Source: Flectonema sp. DT1601 (Eukaryota). Taken from it: a DNA stretch of 64,000 bases. The position numbers and the translations under genes were made by a program. The notes under the pieces are model-generated. The model saw only the letters and a program-made list of their open reading frames with translations, did no database searches and had not been told where the DNA came from. Below are positions 47,401-60,700 of the stretch, piece after piece (positions within the stretch are counted from its first letter, which is position 1; each line of letters starts with the position of its first letter). The stretch is from the NCBI GenBank assembly GCA_964019425.1, contig OZ025795.1, forward strand, positions 1,302,001-1,366,000. The letters run 5' to 3'.

Positions 47401-47796
47401 TCAAACGCATGGAAACCGTTTGATACTTTTAAAAAATGGGGTGAAAAACTTATGAAGGAATTCAACGGTCAAGGAAAACAAGAACTAGCATGTTCCCTGC
47501 CGCAGACCTACTCCAGTCCAGAAAGACTCTTTGATCGACTAATAAGTTTTTATCAGTCTCAAGTCTCTTTTATGAATCACATTGTGTCTCCTCTCACTGT
47601 TGCTGTGGTTTCAAGGTTTTCAGACTTGTCTTTTATTGACAAAGCTTTGAATGGAAACATCGCTGTTTGGTCGAGAAAGTTGCAGATTTGCATTGTTGCT
47701 CACGTTCTTGGTCATGACTTGCCAAGTGGCATTCGTTATCGTTACTTTCATGCGTGGAGAGCTTTCGCTGAGGGAAATCCAGTTTCTGGATTTTGA
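44452..47796 (+). CDS. class I cyclic-nucleotide phosphodiesterase with tandem GAF domains (kinetoplastid PDEB-like), N-acylation motif MGCGGS
   Basis: GAF motifs NIEDAYGDPRFN..D..TGYKT, NK..F...DE; catalytic YHSMLHAFDV, HDIDH, ELHH, TD, ADVSN and the invariant Gln. Confidence 0.93.
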   Translation: MGCGGSAVKNRYECTDKDFEFAEFESSMKAVLEMAKRKKFSRSVFSKIDIETVKELYDIIIEEQLAEFSIATSLEKNDREIDNLDNSNNKSTSSKGSIEQESKNQQSNMKVIRVEFGLRSTFTAESKNDLNLYAKENAEEEVLKSLELASSSSTLSTLAKGTHVLKPAAAQQPLKNRKTHKLWKDVAKNAQVFSVACDISSQIDILLTMNMNIERSILSGMDAWVTLLVFTTRYLNGKSAEIWFYDKDMIVTSNNERKSPISKPTGTLKETIDNAFKSGSPCTSGIDSSSEESDNDGIAVTVIPISVSSQFDVAFNMFENRHLGTEEEYLAVIVIYTKSSPPPSPSQSYRKKGNSLFYSAIRSQFLMIMRFQTLFEKAVAQQRKSDALNKLASHLCVTDVEKCTPFEIVSLAGELVGAEAVSLLLSSDDGSVFLVIFQNKKTDKVKSFSTEISNFSQTSIVRRVFKSGLGIEVAKSSKDREGIRFLDSLTGNTTTNLLCVPVKVEENITAVAIVSNKSAEFTEEDVELISSFTLFAAVSIRNRSYYKEMKRQKATADMILSTVKKVSESDIRDITDVNQSVIEGAQALCSADRCALFMVDEEYNQLVAELSNGSTIKIPIGSGIAGTVARTGIPVNIEDAYGDPRFNATVDKATGYKTNSILCYPIHCNNEVVAVAQLINKLDDTMRCITFNQSDEQLLKSFSAVAGIAIGNARLYEVVVAAGNDAMKLCYFDQSQSLTTKPTNYLTIVKPEIVSTYHSMYKSLDMSIAKQLKNTSFPIHTFDNRQSDLIPLIYFMFHDLGLIKIFNIDSNVMFTFLGTVVLMYRPIPYHSMLHAFDVVQTLYILLKYDCISSVLSDLEKLALLITGLVHDIDHMGLNNSFHLKAETPLGIIVSASGSSSVLELHHATVAVELLQCSQTAILSKLSQPEWTSFIKILTHVILSTDLTRHNGVVTEFEAIPNFNNNDKDHKLRLITILVVTADVSNAWKPFDTFKKWGEKLMKEFNGQGKQELACSLPQTYSSPERLFDRLISFYQSQVSFMNHIVSPLTVAVVSRFSDLSFIDKALNGNIAVWSRKLQICIVAHVLGHDLPSGIRYRYFHAWRAFAEGNPVSGF

Positions 47797-47991
47797 AATT
47801 TTTTTTTTTTTTTTTTTTAGAATTCATTTCTTGCATATTCAATTACCATATCGGCAGCGTGGTTTCGTTGACATTTACATTATTGCGAACCCGGATTTAC
47901 ATCAGTTCGTTAGCGATTGTTTTATTATTCATCGAAGTGTTATTATTTATTTTCTTCTGCACACACAAATACAGTAATCCTACACAAATCA

Positions 47992-49164
47992 ATGTTTCCA
48001 GACAATGTGAGTATTCATGTTGCTCCCATGATTGATGTCTCAAATAGATATTTCCGATCATTTTGTAGATTGTTGTCTAAGAAAGTTGTCGTCTGGACGG
48101 AAATGATAAAGGACGATGCGATCTTGTATAATTTAAAAGATACTCAAAAGTTGGAATGGTTGTTGGGGAAATGTAAATCTGAATCGAGAGTTGTTTTTCA
48201 ACTGGGTGGATCTGATCCAGAACGATTAGCAAAAGCAGCAAAAGTAGTAGAAGAATGGGGATACGATGAGATTAACTTAAATGTTGGATGTCCCTCTGAA
48301 AGAGTAGCACAAAAAGGTGAAATCTCATTCGGTGCTGCCCTAATGCTAAAACCTGACCTAGTACGTGATTGTGTCCATGCAATGCAGTCAGCTGTAACTA
48401 TTCCTGTTACTGTAAAGTGTCGACTGGGTGTTGACGATCACGACAGTAAAGAGTTCACTCACAACTTTATAGAAACAGTGTCTCAGTCTGGTTGTTCACA
48501 TTTCTACATTCATGCTCGTAAGGCTTGGCTGAATGGTCTTAGTCCAGCACAGAATAGAACAGTTCCTCCTTTAGATTATGAAAGAGTGTTTTGGTTATGT
48601 AATCAATTCCCAGAGTTATCATTTACTTTAAATGGAGGATTGAAAACTATTGAAGAAGCAGATGAAATATTAAATAATAAAGCTCCGTGTAATTTGATCG
48701 GTTTCATGTACGGAAGAGCAGCACTGCACACTCCGGCAATATTTTCAGAACTTGATAATTGGTTTAATGATGACACTCGCAGTGTTATCGATAGACGTGA
48801 TCTTTTACTACAATACGCAACATATCTTGACGAGGTCCTACAACCTGGACACGGCCCGTGCAGTCACGTTTCTGTCATTCCCCCAGGAATGTGTAATTCA
48901 TCTTTGAAGCCTTGTATCAACGTTTTTAATGGTTTCCCTGGCTCAAAACTAATGGCAAAAGAGATGGAAATCTTAATAAGAGATCCAACAAATAGATCCC
49001 GAGGTCCAGGTTATATTCTGAGACAGGCTATCGAATTATTAAGCAACAGATATCCAAGAGTAATGGTGTCACCTTTTGGGGAAGTTATTCACAATTATCA
49101 ACTACTTAGAATGAAATTAGAAGTCACAGAAGATGTCGATCCTGAAGAGGTATCTTGTAGTTGA
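47992..49164 (+). CDS. dusA: tRNA-dihydrouridine synthase, DusA-type
   Basis: VAPM, QLGGSDP, EINLNVGCPS, TVKCRLG, HARKAWLNGLSPAQNRTVPPLDY. Confidence 0.92.
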   Translation: MFPDNVSIHVAPMIDVSNRYFRSFCRLLSKKVVVWTEMIKDDAILYNLKDTQKLEWLLGKCKSESRVVFQLGGSDPERLAKAAKVVEEWGYDEINLNVGCPSERVAQKGEISFGAALMLKPDLVRDCVHAMQSAVTIPVTVKCRLGVDDHDSKEFTHNFIETVSQSGCSHFYIHARKAWLNGLSPAQNRTVPPLDYERVFWLCNQFPELSFTLNGGLKTIEEADEILNNKAPCNLIGFMYGRAALHTPAIFSELDNWFNDDTRSVIDRRDLLLQYATYLDEVLQPGHGPCSHVSVIPPGMCNSSLKPCINVFNGFPGSKLMAKEMEILIRDPTNRSRGPGYILRQAIELLSNRYPRVMVSPFGEVIHNYQLLRMKLEVTEDVDPEEVSCS

Positions 49165-49421
49165 GTAGAAGTTATTTAATTATCAACGTAACTAACCTAT
49201 GTGTGTGCGCTCACAGTGGAGATTCTATCCACACTGCACTGTTTGATAGCAGGTTCACCCTTATTAGTCCGCCCGTCAGGTATTTTAAGAATCAAAGTAC
49301 GTGGTTTTTTTATTTTTTTTGATTTATCTTTTTTTATTATTATTAAGAAAGGATTCTTTGGACAGGTTATGAAAAGGAAAATGGCATAGCGATTGCGATC
49401 CATATTTGTGTTTGAAGAACT

Positions 49422-49452
<31 letters not shown>

Positions 49453-49598
49453 GCATGTTTTTACGGAGTCGAATTTCCCTAAAAAATTCTTTTCTTCCTC
49501 ACAGGATCCACAGTAGAATAATAAATAAATAAAAAACGAAGGGGAAAAAAAATTGTTATTAAAAAGGGACTCACCCTTCCTTCTCAAATAAAAGAACA

Positions 49599-50918
49599 AT
49601 GCATAAGTATAAATTGCTGGGAAGAAAGGGAGAAGGGACTTTCAGTGCAGTGTTGAAAGCACAGTGTACGACCACTGATAAAAATGTTGCGATAAAATGT
49701 ATGAAGAATCAATTTGAGAGTGTAGAGCAAGTCAATAGACTTCGTGAAATTCAAGCTTTGCGAAAACTAAGTCCTCACTCGAATATAATAAAACTATTTG
49801 AGGTTCTCTACGACAGAAGTACAGGAAGACTCGCACTCGTATTTGAGCTAATGGACATGGATCTGTACGAGTTAATCAAAGGACGAAAACAATACCTTCC
49901 GGAAGATAAAGTTCTACACATCACATATCAACTCATGAGGGCAATTCAACATATGCATCGAAATGCAATTTTTCATCGAGACATCAAACCTGAAAACGTT
50001 TTAATTAGCGGCGATACTTTAAAGTTAGCAGATTTTGGATCATGCAGAGGAATCTACAGCCGACAACCATTCACAGAATACATTGCAACCCGTTGGTACC
50101 GTGCTCCAGAGTGTCTTCTGACTGATGGATATTATGCTGCAAAAATGGACATGTGGAGTGCTGGTTGTGTGTTGTTCGAAATGATCGCATTGTATCCACT
50201 ATTCCCTGGGTCTAACGAACTTGATCAACTACACAGAATTCATAAAATAATGGGAACTCCTTCTCAACATATTTTAAATAAGATGAAACAGAACAGCAGT
50301 AATCGCGATATAAACTTCCCTGAAGAAACAGGAGTAAGTCTGTCATCTCTTATTCCACATTCTAATAATGATGCGATTAGGATGTTAGAACAACTGTTAG
50401 AATACGATCCAGAAATAAGGATTTCAAGTAAGAAGATTGTCAGGCATCCATACTTCAAGGAACTAAGAGACTTGGAGAGAATGTTAAGAAAATCAAATGG
50501 TCAGTCAGCAGATAGAGAGAAGGAAGCAGCTCCAACAGAGATTCCTTCAGTACATTCTCACAGTAGTACTCATACAAGGCGTTCAGATCTTCATCATTCA
50601 GGTGCTGGTGATTCAGCTGTCAAAGAATCAGAACCCTCATCATTGCCATCGCTTGGTCCGGTTCGACACCGAAAACAACTTCACAAAGAGCTGCACAAAG
50701 ATAAACATCATGATCGGGAACGTGATCGCGAAAGAGAGCGTGAAAAAGAAAATCACCTCGCTGCTCATCACCAAACTCTTGTTCCAACTTCAGGATCTCG
50801 ACTTCCAGAAATATCTGAAGGACTGAAATTAGGAACCGTAAAATCAGAGTTACCAACTTTACGAAGGCAGCTGAGTGTCGACTGTCTAACAAATCTTGGA
50901 GGAAAACGCGAAAAATAA
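49599..50918 (+). CDS. MOK: MOK/RAGE-like CMGC (RCK family) Ser/Thr kinase
   Basis: KGEGTFS, HRDIKPEN, DFGSC, TEY activation loop, TRWYRAPECLLTDGYY. Confidence 0.9.
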   Translation: MHKYKLLGRKGEGTFSAVLKAQCTTTDKNVAIKCMKNQFESVEQVNRLREIQALRKLSPHSNIIKLFEVLYDRSTGRLALVFELMDMDLYELIKGRKQYLPEDKVLHITYQLMRAIQHMHRNAIFHRDIKPENVLISGDTLKLADFGSCRGIYSRQPFTEYIATRWYRAPECLLTDGYYAAKMDMWSAGCVLFEMIALYPLFPGSNELDQLHRIHKIMGTPSQHILNKMKQNSSNRDINFPEETGVSLSSLIPHSNNDAIRMLEQLLEYDPEIRISSKKIVRHPYFKELRDLERMLRKSNGQSADREKEAAPTEIPSVHSHSSTHTRRSDLHHSGAGDSAVKESEPSSLPSLGPVRHRKQLHKELHKDKHHDRERDREREREKENHLAAHHQTLVPTSGSRLPEISEGLKLGTVKSELPTLRRQLSVDCLTNLGGKREK

Positions 50919-53492
50919 AAAAATACTTTTGAATCTACTCGTCGACTGTTTTTCCCTTTTTTTCTTGTCCATGGAGCCCCAGGTTCTAGTCGTCTGAATC
51001 TTTTTAAACGATAGTTGTGTTCCTATTTTCCCTTTGGACTTATTTCTATGCTCTGCAAGCACTCTGAAAGCTATCTCACTTGTAGTTTCCCTGCATAAGT
51101 TATCGTCTTGGCTTTTTTTGTTGGAACAAAAATTTCATTTTCTAAATAAAATATATAAAAGCATGTGTAGATGTAGATTCGATTGATTTTTCCGCTTGCG
51201 ACTGATGTGTGTTTTTTTTCTTTTCCTTTCACCTTTCTTATCCTGTCTGTTTATGTAGTATTTTATTCCTCTATTCACGTATTTCCCAAAGGAGACAAGG
51301 GTCTGTCGCAAGTTGACTTTTTGGTACTTTTTCTTTAGGATCAGTCATTCCCAGCTGGCTGTCCCGTTCGGTTTTAAGTCCCTATGTCACCACAGAATCT
51401 TCGCATCCTTTCTTAAATAAAACGAAATAATCAAAACTTTCCTGTTATGCTCTAAGCCTTTTTTTTTTTTTTTTTTTTCCCCCTTCATTTTATTTTTCTG
51501 GTTTTTGCGTACATTTTCTGTTGCTGTGGTAACAAATAAAAAAAAAAAGAAAGAGAAAATAATCGAATCTCAGGTACATATGGTAAGTAGTTTTTTTAGT
51601 CAACTCCCTCGGTCTTTGTTAGTTGTAGGATGAAGCGATATAGCTTCATCCGAAAGGGGAAAAAAAAAAAAAAAAAAATCGATTTTTTTTCCTTGTTATT
51701 ATTTTTTTTTTTCCCCCCATCCTTTTCTTCCCCTATGAAATACTATTTATTTATTTTTGTTGTAAAACATTCTTATAAATATTGAGTGATTTTTTTAAAA
51801 AAAAAAAAAAAAGTGATCCCAGCCGAGGTGACACCACAGTAGGGAAAATATATTTGGTGAAAGGATTTTTTTTATTTTTTTTTTTGTGTTAAACAAGTAT
51901 TAAGGAGTTTTAAAAAAGTTAGCAGCTTGCACATCAGTTCACGATTTGGCGCGCGAACAAAAGCATCAGCGGTAGTGATAATGCTACCATTTTCAGTATA
52001 GTTTAAGTTAAAGCCAATTCCTTTTTTGTATTGTCTGGGACTGGTTGTTTACTGTTTACTGTTTTTTATTTTATTTTTTTTTTTTTCCCCCAATATAGAG
52101 TATAGTACAGTTCATTGTTGGGTTGGTGGAACTGTTTTGTTTTTCTCTCTCAGAAATAATCGAAACTAACGTGAAGCAAGTCTATTTCCCATCAGAGTTG
52201 CGAGGAGTGATAAAATAAAAAAGAACTACGCAAAGTGTAAAAGCTTTCTATTTTAGGGAAAGTTGTTCTACGAAGTCATTCTCTTGCTAATAAAGTTGAT
52301 TGCTATTATGTACAGGATGGTAGTCTGACGATGACTTGTCTTAAACATGTCAGGAAAAAAAAAAAAAATAATAATAATAATAATAACATAACATAACATA
52401 AAAGAAAATAGTTCCCACTCCCTCCTCGGCCTCAACAACCCCTCCACATTAGTTCTTGCGGAAGCAAGATTTTTTTTTTTTTTTGTGTTTTGTTTTGGTT
52501 TTTCTTTTTTTTTCTTTTTGTAAGTTCAGGATTGTCCTTTTACTTCCCCACCATCCACCACCACTAAGTATTTTGGTTTTGCACGGTTCACGTTGTTCTT
52601 TCGGTCACTATTCCTTCTATAATAAATTTACCTCAGTGACTGAGTTGTTGTTTTCATTTTTTTTTTTTTTTTTGCTGTGTACGAGAAAGAAAACCCGATT
52701 CGGATTGCTTTCGTTTGTTTCAGTCGCCAGTCCAGGCGAAGAGAAAAAAATATGTTTAAAAAAACTCTGCAACAACACCCACCTCTTGAAGTAATTTTAT
52801 TGGTTAAGGTGAGCGAGTGGCAGGTTTTCTTTTGATGGGAACATCATTTGTGTTAAAAATTAGTTGAATTTTAGTCGCCCGTACCGTAAAAGAAGAAAAA
52901 AAAGAGACATTTCTTTGGCTGTGGGGCCCTAGTTAGTTGATTTCTCGACTTTTTTCGGTGAAAAATTATTGATTGACTCGTCCTCTTCCCCAGGTCGCCA
53001 GAAATAGAAGAAAGAAAGCATTCCCACATAGTGAGGAAACCAGCGAAATGAAAGAAATGGGGGAAAAAAAAAAAAAGAAATTCTGTTTTTTCTTGATTAG
53101 TCGTCCCTTTGATGGGGCAGAGTTGTGAACTTTCATTCCATGAAGTCACTTGACATTAGTAGGTAATGGAGAGGTAGGCTTTACTTCTCAATAGCTCAGT
53201 AGTTGGTAGTGACAAGCAGAAGAGAGGAGACCAAGAATAAAGGACGAGAGAAAAAGAAAAAAAAACGAGAGGAAAATCCCTCCATCCACTTGCTTCACTG
53301 CACTTTGACTTATCTTTTTGATAAAATATTAAGAAATAGGAAAAGTAATTGGAGATAAAAACTTTTATTTCTCAAACAGGTAACAGTAATCAACTGTAAG
53401 ACTACACCCATTGAGGTGAAAACAATTCGTGTTCGTTCGTTATATTTCTCTTATCTCCTTTAATCAACCACGTGTACAGTGCATTACATAAT

Positions 53493-55988
53493 ATGGGGCC
53501 AAAAAAAGCTGCAGCTAAGAAGGAAAATGAGGAAATGAAACGAATTGAAGAAGAGCGCCTGAGAGCCGAAACAGAAGCCATGCAGGCAAAGCAAGCAGAA
53601 GAAGAGGAAAAAGCTAGGCAAGCTGAAGAGGCTAAGAAAAAGGAAGCTGAAGACAAAGCTCGGGCAGAAGAAGAAAAGCGTCGAAAGGAAGAAGAAGAAC
53701 GGCAGAAGGTTAGAGAAGACAGAGAACGGAAAGACCGGGAAATGGAACTAAAATTACAACAATTGCAATGCCTTGAAGAAAAGGACAAACAAATACACGT
53801 ACTCGAAGAGAAGGTAACTGCTTTGAATCAAACATGTGCTGGAATGCAATCTGACCTCGAAGGACAAACCCGTCGCAGTGCTAATCTACAGGACGAGTTA
53901 GAAAGGACTCAGGTTGCATATGCTGAAAAGGAACTTGAAGGTGAAAGACTTCTCAAATCTCGTGAAAACCAACTTTTAGAAGTCGGCGGCACATTAGATT
54001 CAACACAAAGAAAACTCGACGTCGTAGCTGATGAAAATCAACAAAAGGAAAGTGAAATCTTCACCATCAAAGAGAAAATGGGAGAAGAACTCAGCACTTT
54101 GAAAACTGAAATTTATCAAATGCGTTCTGACAAAGATAAAGAAGACACTGAAAATACCATTCTTATGAAGTTACTACACACGGAACTCGATAAGTTTAAG
54201 CAACAGGCATCCACTCTACAAGCAGAATTAGAACGAAAAGAGCGAGAAGACGTCAAGAATACAATAATGCTTGGATTATTAAATAGTCAATTAGATACAG
54301 GAAAGGAAGACAACAGAAGACTGACTGAAATGTCTGAGGATTATCGAAAGAAGTCAGAAACTATATCTGAGAAACTTGAGGAAACCCAAAGTCAAATATC
54401 AAAACTCGAGGAGATAACATCCGACATTTCAAAACGTAATAAAGAAAAAGAAGAAGCCATGCAGCGTGACATAGATCTTCATAAAGCCAAAGCTGATCAA
54501 CTGGCGGCAACTATCGCACGTCTCTCAGAACAACTTGACACTACCAAAACCCAATACTTGTCGTTCCAATCCGAGGCTGAGAAGAAAGACAAAAACTCTT
54601 TTGAGAAAAACGTAATTCTGAAAAGTCAGTTGGAAAATTACAAAACTCAACACTCTCAGCTGACTGATGAAAAAACTCGAGTCGAGAGGGAGACTTTTGA
54701 AAAACAAATGTTGCAAAACAGTGAAATTGAAACACTTCGGGAAAAGTTAAAATTAGAACAAGAGAGGGCAGAGAAAAAGGAAAAAGACTGCTTTGAGAAA
54801 TTGACTCTGCAAAAGAGTGAAAATGAAACACTGAAAGCTAAACTTGAACAGGAACAAGAAACCCTCCGTCACAAGGAGAAAGTATACTTCGAATCGATTT
54901 CAGATTCTCAAACTGAACTCGAAATTGAAAAATCTTCTGCAACTCAAAACAAAGCAGTATCTGAACGCAAAGACAAAGAATACAGCGACCACATTACTAA
55001 AATGACAGCACAGCAGGAAGCTCTACACACTCGACTTATTCACTTACAGACGGTTGCTGAAAAACGTGACCGCGAGTACGTTGAGAATCAAATTCAACTG
55101 AATGCTGAAAAAGAAAATTATAAAAACAAAGCTGGTCTTCTACAGGAAGAACTCTCCAGAGCTCAGAAAGTTTACAGCGACAAGGAAGTCGCATTACAAA
55201 CTGAAATCGAACAATTGAAGAGAAAGCAATCAGAGATTGAAGCAACTCATGAAAAGTTGATTACAAAAGAAGCGCAAAAGGTCACTGAAGTCACCGACGA
55301 ACTGGAAGCTGTCAACAGCAGAGTTAAAGTTCTTGAAGAAGACTCTGCGAAGAAAGAAAAAGATCACTGGGATAGATCAAATGCTTACAAAGCAGAGATA
55401 GAAGCTTTAAAAAGAGAAGTTGAAGGATACAAACAAACAATAGAAAAGCTTGAGGGAAGCATAGCCGAGAACTACAACTTCAAGATTCTAGCTGAGCAAA
55501 ACGAACAACTGAAAGCTGACATCACTTCCTACAGAAACCAAATTGGCAACTTAAACAACACAATAAGTACGATGAAGATTGAAGCCGATATTCTCGATAA
55601 TTATAAAACAAAAGTACTTCAAGAACAAAACGAACAGTACCTCCGTCGCATTCAGGAACTTGAAAAGGAACACAAAATGATTGCACCGCTCATGGCAGAG
55701 CTCATTAGCACTCTACAAAAACACGGCCTCACTACTTCACTTCAGGCCGACATTGAAATATATAAGAGTCAGTTCCTCAAAACTTCGTGTATGAATTTCT
55801 TTCTTTCGTTCTTTTTTTTTTTTTTTTTGCGCCAACAAAATTTCATAGAAAAAAAAAACTATATTCATGTCATCCTCGTTGCTGCGTTTTAGAAAAAAAA
55901 TTAAAAAACAACAGCAATACCAGATCAAGAATCTCGCATCTCTGCCAGTGCGATGGGCAGGCATGAGTTAGCGCCACTGGTCCATTAG
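53493..55988 (+). CDS. long coiled-coil protein, possibly flagellar/cytoskeletal; exons 53493..55788 and 55915..55988
   Basis: MGPKK start, continuous E/K heptads. A GTATGA..AACAACAG intron replaces the poly-F tail with SIPDQESRISASAMGRHELAPLVH*. Confidence 0.8.
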
Positions 55989-56627
55989 TCGTTTATTTAT
56001 TTTTTTTTCCCGTTTTGTTTTCCTCTATTTTTAGATAACAAACACCTGAGTGCTATCATTTTAAGAAACCCTTTAATATAAATATTCACACACAACACAC
56101 TCACACACAACACACTCTCATACGCACTTTTTTTTTGTGTGCAGCAAGTGAAAATTATTTAGAAGCAAAAACTAAGTTTCTGACAGAAACAATTTTCACT
56201 TCACCTTTCCCGTAACTTCTGTGTGTGTTTCTTTACAGATTCACTTTTTTTCTATTAAGAAGAACAAAAAAAAAAAACATCGTGTCGTTCGGCTTCATAT
56301 TTCCTTTTTATGGGTTCGGTCTGAAACACGACCTCGACTCTCGTTGTGTTGTACTGCAACGATATTGGAAAGGAAAACACACACGCAAAAAAAAAAAAAA
56401 AATAAAAAAAAAAAAACCTTAATATCTCTCTCTATTTACACTCCTCACCTTTTGCAGTTCCGGCCCTTGTTTTTATACCGCACGCATGTCACTGTTGGGA
56501 TGGTTTTACTTGGGCATATTTGATATTGTTTTTTTTTATTTGAATGAATGTAGTTGGGAATTTTCTTTTTATTACTACCATTATCAAACTATCACCTTTC
56601 TATCAAGATCTCTACATCACAGCCACA

Positions 56628-57267
56628 ATGATAGAGACGGTTGGAATCGTGAAGGCTGTTTTTACGATTGCCACTGTTGGTATCTTTTCAGTTGGAGTAT
56701 CACATGCCGTATCAAAAGGAAAAGCAATTACACTCACTGACGGAGAAGGGAAGATGCCAATAATTCCACCAAAACCGTCCATTAACGATGAAGATTTCAT
56801 TGAGAAAACGATGACAGTCACTCTTGATGAGTATGAATATCAGGACCAATACGAGTTTCAAGATGTTACTTTAACCTTATCGGAACGTTATACAAATAGA
56901 GATTGTAAATGTGCTCCTATCTGGTATCATAATAAAATAGTTTGTGATTCATTTTGTTGCAATCCTGACAATGATCCAAAGGGTGAATGGTGTGCCGTTG
57001 AGGACCCAGAACGTTGCAAACGACTTCACGGAGCTAAAGAGGTATTTCTTTTTTTCCCTTTTTTTTCCACCGACGATCAACAAAAATGAATATATCTGAA
57101 TAGTGTTTTATAACCGTCACAATAGACCATACCTGCCTCTCACCTCCCCTCAATAATAATAATAAATATAACAGAATTGGGGATATTGTCGTACCTTAGA
57201 AGGAGAAGAAACGGAATACACATCAAAGTCACAACCAAACAAGAAAATAACGATAAATAAAAAGTAG
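56628..57267 (+). CDS. signal-anchor protein with a kringle-like Cys-rich module; exons 56628..57041 and 57175..57267
   Basis: CKC..W..CCNPDNDPKGEWCAV..C spliced in phase to NWGYC. Confidence 0.72.
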
Positions 57268-57787
57268 TATTTTTAATTTTTTTTTCTTCTTCTTAACCTT
57301 GGGAGGGTTACACAACACAGTTGGCGTGTCGCAATTACACCCCCGCGGTATGAATTGGTAAAGACCAGTCACAGTCACATTAGTATTCATGTTTAGTATT
57401 GTTGTGACTGAAAATAGCGATAAATAGGCAGACCCGATAGTGATCTTTATTGACTATGAGTACTACGAGACACCTACGAATATAAACTTTTTTGAAGTGG
57501 AGAAACATTTTAGAAAAAAAAAAAGAAAACTTGTCGCATAGCTATTTTTATCTTTCTTTTTTTTTATTTTTATTTTAAAATTAATAACTTAAAAGCCTTC
57601 TTTTGTCTTATTTTGGAGTATTTAGAAAAAAATGATTTTTTTTGTTGTGTGAAGACTCCAGAAAATATTAATTTCGTGTGAAGTATTTTTCATTTCTTTT
57701 TCAGTGCTGTTCCCTACTCTGTGATTGCAATCAACCACACACTGATCAAATAAATGTTTCTTTGTACGCGTTAGTTTGGTTAAAAGA

Positions 57788-60700
57788 ATGGTTGAGCTTT
57801 CTGATTGCAGAGAACAGAGAGAAGTAGTCATCGATAAAGACGTGAGTCCAATTGATAGTTCTGTTCCGATCGTTGAAACAAAGCGTCCTGGTGGGGTTGT
57901 TGGTTTCAATGCTTCCTGTCTACCAACAGAATTAAATCCAAGTGATTACACGTCAGAGAAGATCAACTTAGCGATCAACACCTGCAGTAATACTTTATCA
58001 AAATATGATTATCACATGTACGGTGCTACTTTTAATGTCGATAAAAAACGTCCCATTCAGAAATTATTTTCAACTGCTGATCAGATTCTTAAAGAAGGAA
58101 TCAGAATCCAATGTGTTGAAGCTTGTTTTGTGGCTTTATTATTAACAGATAAGTTATTACCTGTTATCAGGTTTGCCATCAGTTTTGAAAGCAAAAATGA
58201 AGAAAAAACATACAGGCATCTAGTACTGGGGTTAAAGTACGGTGATATGTTTGGGTCTTTGGGAATATCAAGAAATTGTGGACTGATGACGAAGTCGTTA
58301 TCATTTTGTTGTCTTCAAGAACTTCTTGATGACTTTATTAAACATTATAAGAAGGATGGACATGTTGTGTCGGGGATTACTTTTTCGAAACCAATTCCAC
58401 ACGGATCACCCAATACTGTTGTTCACTGGAATTTCTTCTCTCTTCAACTCCAATTTGGTGAACCCGACTCACACAAACTCGAAGTACAAAAGTTTGCTTC
58501 GAGAGGATTGGAAGGACAGATTCCATTCTCGGGTAACTTTACTAAAACTAAATCTCTTACTCAAAGTTTTGATAAGCCAACTCCTCCAAGAGGGAGAAAG
58601 TCATCACAAAGCCCATCAGTAGCAGGCAGGTGCTTATCCGCCACACGGTTTCGAACTGGGGGATCACCATCTCCCGCTCGGAAATCTGTCTCACAGAAGA
58701 CTCCACGAACTGATCCAACTGGAAAGGTAACGAGTAGAGCCTTGTCACCAATTAAGAAAGTAAATACCTCTCAAACATCTGATAATGTACAAAAAGTTTT
58801 ATTTCAAGAAGATAATAAACAACCGACTGAGTGTCCTCCAACACCTTCACAGAAGCAACCGAAGAATGCAGCGTCACCAAGTACTCCACCTGCACAGCCG
58901 ACTACGAAGGAGGAAACCACTTCGAGTAAATCAGAGAAGAAGAAATCAACAACACCAACGCTTACTGTTGGGGAGGAAAGTGTTCAAAAGAAAACCATTG
59001 CGGTACCTCTCAAGTCTCCATGCGGAGGTCAGAAACCACCACCTTCCAACAAATGTACGGAGGTAGTCGATCCAAAAAAGAATCGAATCGGAATTGCACC
59101 TAAATCTCAATCAGGAGATACGAAGCCGAGAGTTTCCCCAACAAAGAAACGAAAGAAGGGATCTGAAGCTGAAATACCGAACCCGATTTCAAGTGCTGGT
59201 AATCTGGATGATGAAATCGAGTTACCGCCACCTCAGAAGATGACGAATGTTTCAACTACTCCATCTGAGAATGAATCCACGACAGGTTCAAACTCTGAAT
59301 CTCAACAAACAAAAAAACCGGTCGCAGTGAAAACAGTAACTGGGAGCCACACGTCACCTTCTAGTAAACAGAAGAAAGAAATAACCCCACCACTTGTGTT
59401 AATATCCTCCTCTGATAGTCTTCAGTCAACTACTCTCACTGATGATCTGTCAGTACTTAATAAGACACGAGATGAGGAACCGGCAACACCACCTTCCTGC
59501 AAACAGAAGAAAGAAACAAAAGTATCGACCGCAGTGAAAACAACAGCCGGTAGTGACGTCAAACTACTCAGTAGGGTGACAGCTGGTACTCAGTCACCAC
59601 CTCCACTTGTGTTAATATCCTCCTCTGATAACCAACAGTCAACTACTCTTAGTAATAATGTGTCACCACGTCCTTCTGGCAAACGGAAGGAAATAGAAGT
59701 GCCGAACGCGCTGAAGTCACCCCCTGGTAACAAAAAGGTAACTGGTCTAACCAACGTAACGGAGAACAAACAGATCCCTTCTTCTATAGACACCAAGAAT
59801 GAAATCAAATCAACTGTAACACTGAAGGCATCTGATGACCAAATAGAAGCTCTGCAGTCATCGTCATCCGAAAAGCAGAATGAAGTCGAAGTAATTCCCA
59901 TTTCTGAGGGATCAGAGAATGAGATAAAAATAGCAATCCCACTGAAGTTAGCCTCTCAGGATACTAACTTACCGTCAGTACTAAGTGAGCAACAAGACAC
60001 TAATAGGATTTCATCAGCTACAACACCAGCTGTAGTATCCCTTTCTGGGAAGCAGATCAAAGAAGTCGACTCGCCTTCGGTTTCAACAGATTCGCGAAAC
60101 GAAAGTAACCAGCTGGTCAACAATCGAACTGTTGCTGTGCAGAAGAGATCGTTGTCATCAAACAGACGAGAAGATGACAACAACAAACCTGACGTCTTAA
60201 ATCAGCTAACCACAATTGATGTCCCTTCTGAAAACTTGTCGGCGACAATAAAAAAACCTAAACCCAGATCACCAAGCAGACGACAACAACAACAAAAAGA
60301 GGACACACACTTACATTCTCAGGTGTCCAATAAAACTGAAGAACAGGAGAAAACCAGTAGCTCACCTCGAGTGTGGAATAGCTGTACGAGAGTCGTATCT
60401 GATTTAAAGGGAGTCGATAGATCTCAGAAACAAACAAAGAAGAGGGGACACAACAACTTAATTGGACCATTTGCGACTCCAAGAAAGATGAAAACAACAG
60501 ACTCAGGTAGAGAATCAAATCCAAATGCGCCAGATTTTGAGTCCGACGATGATTGTCAAAAGGTTTCATTTTCATCCCCAAAGCCGCAATGCCAGCCTCA
60601 AGTAAAAACAATAAGCATCCCACTTCATATGGATCCCTCATCCATTTCAGATATGAATACTGACTGTGTTCAATCTCAAGCCGTTAATTTGAATTCTTCT

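Noticed and set aside
55789..55892. Hydrophobic poly-F C-terminus as a membrane anchor
   Set aside because: It is intron sequence; splicing gives a different, ordinary C-terminus.
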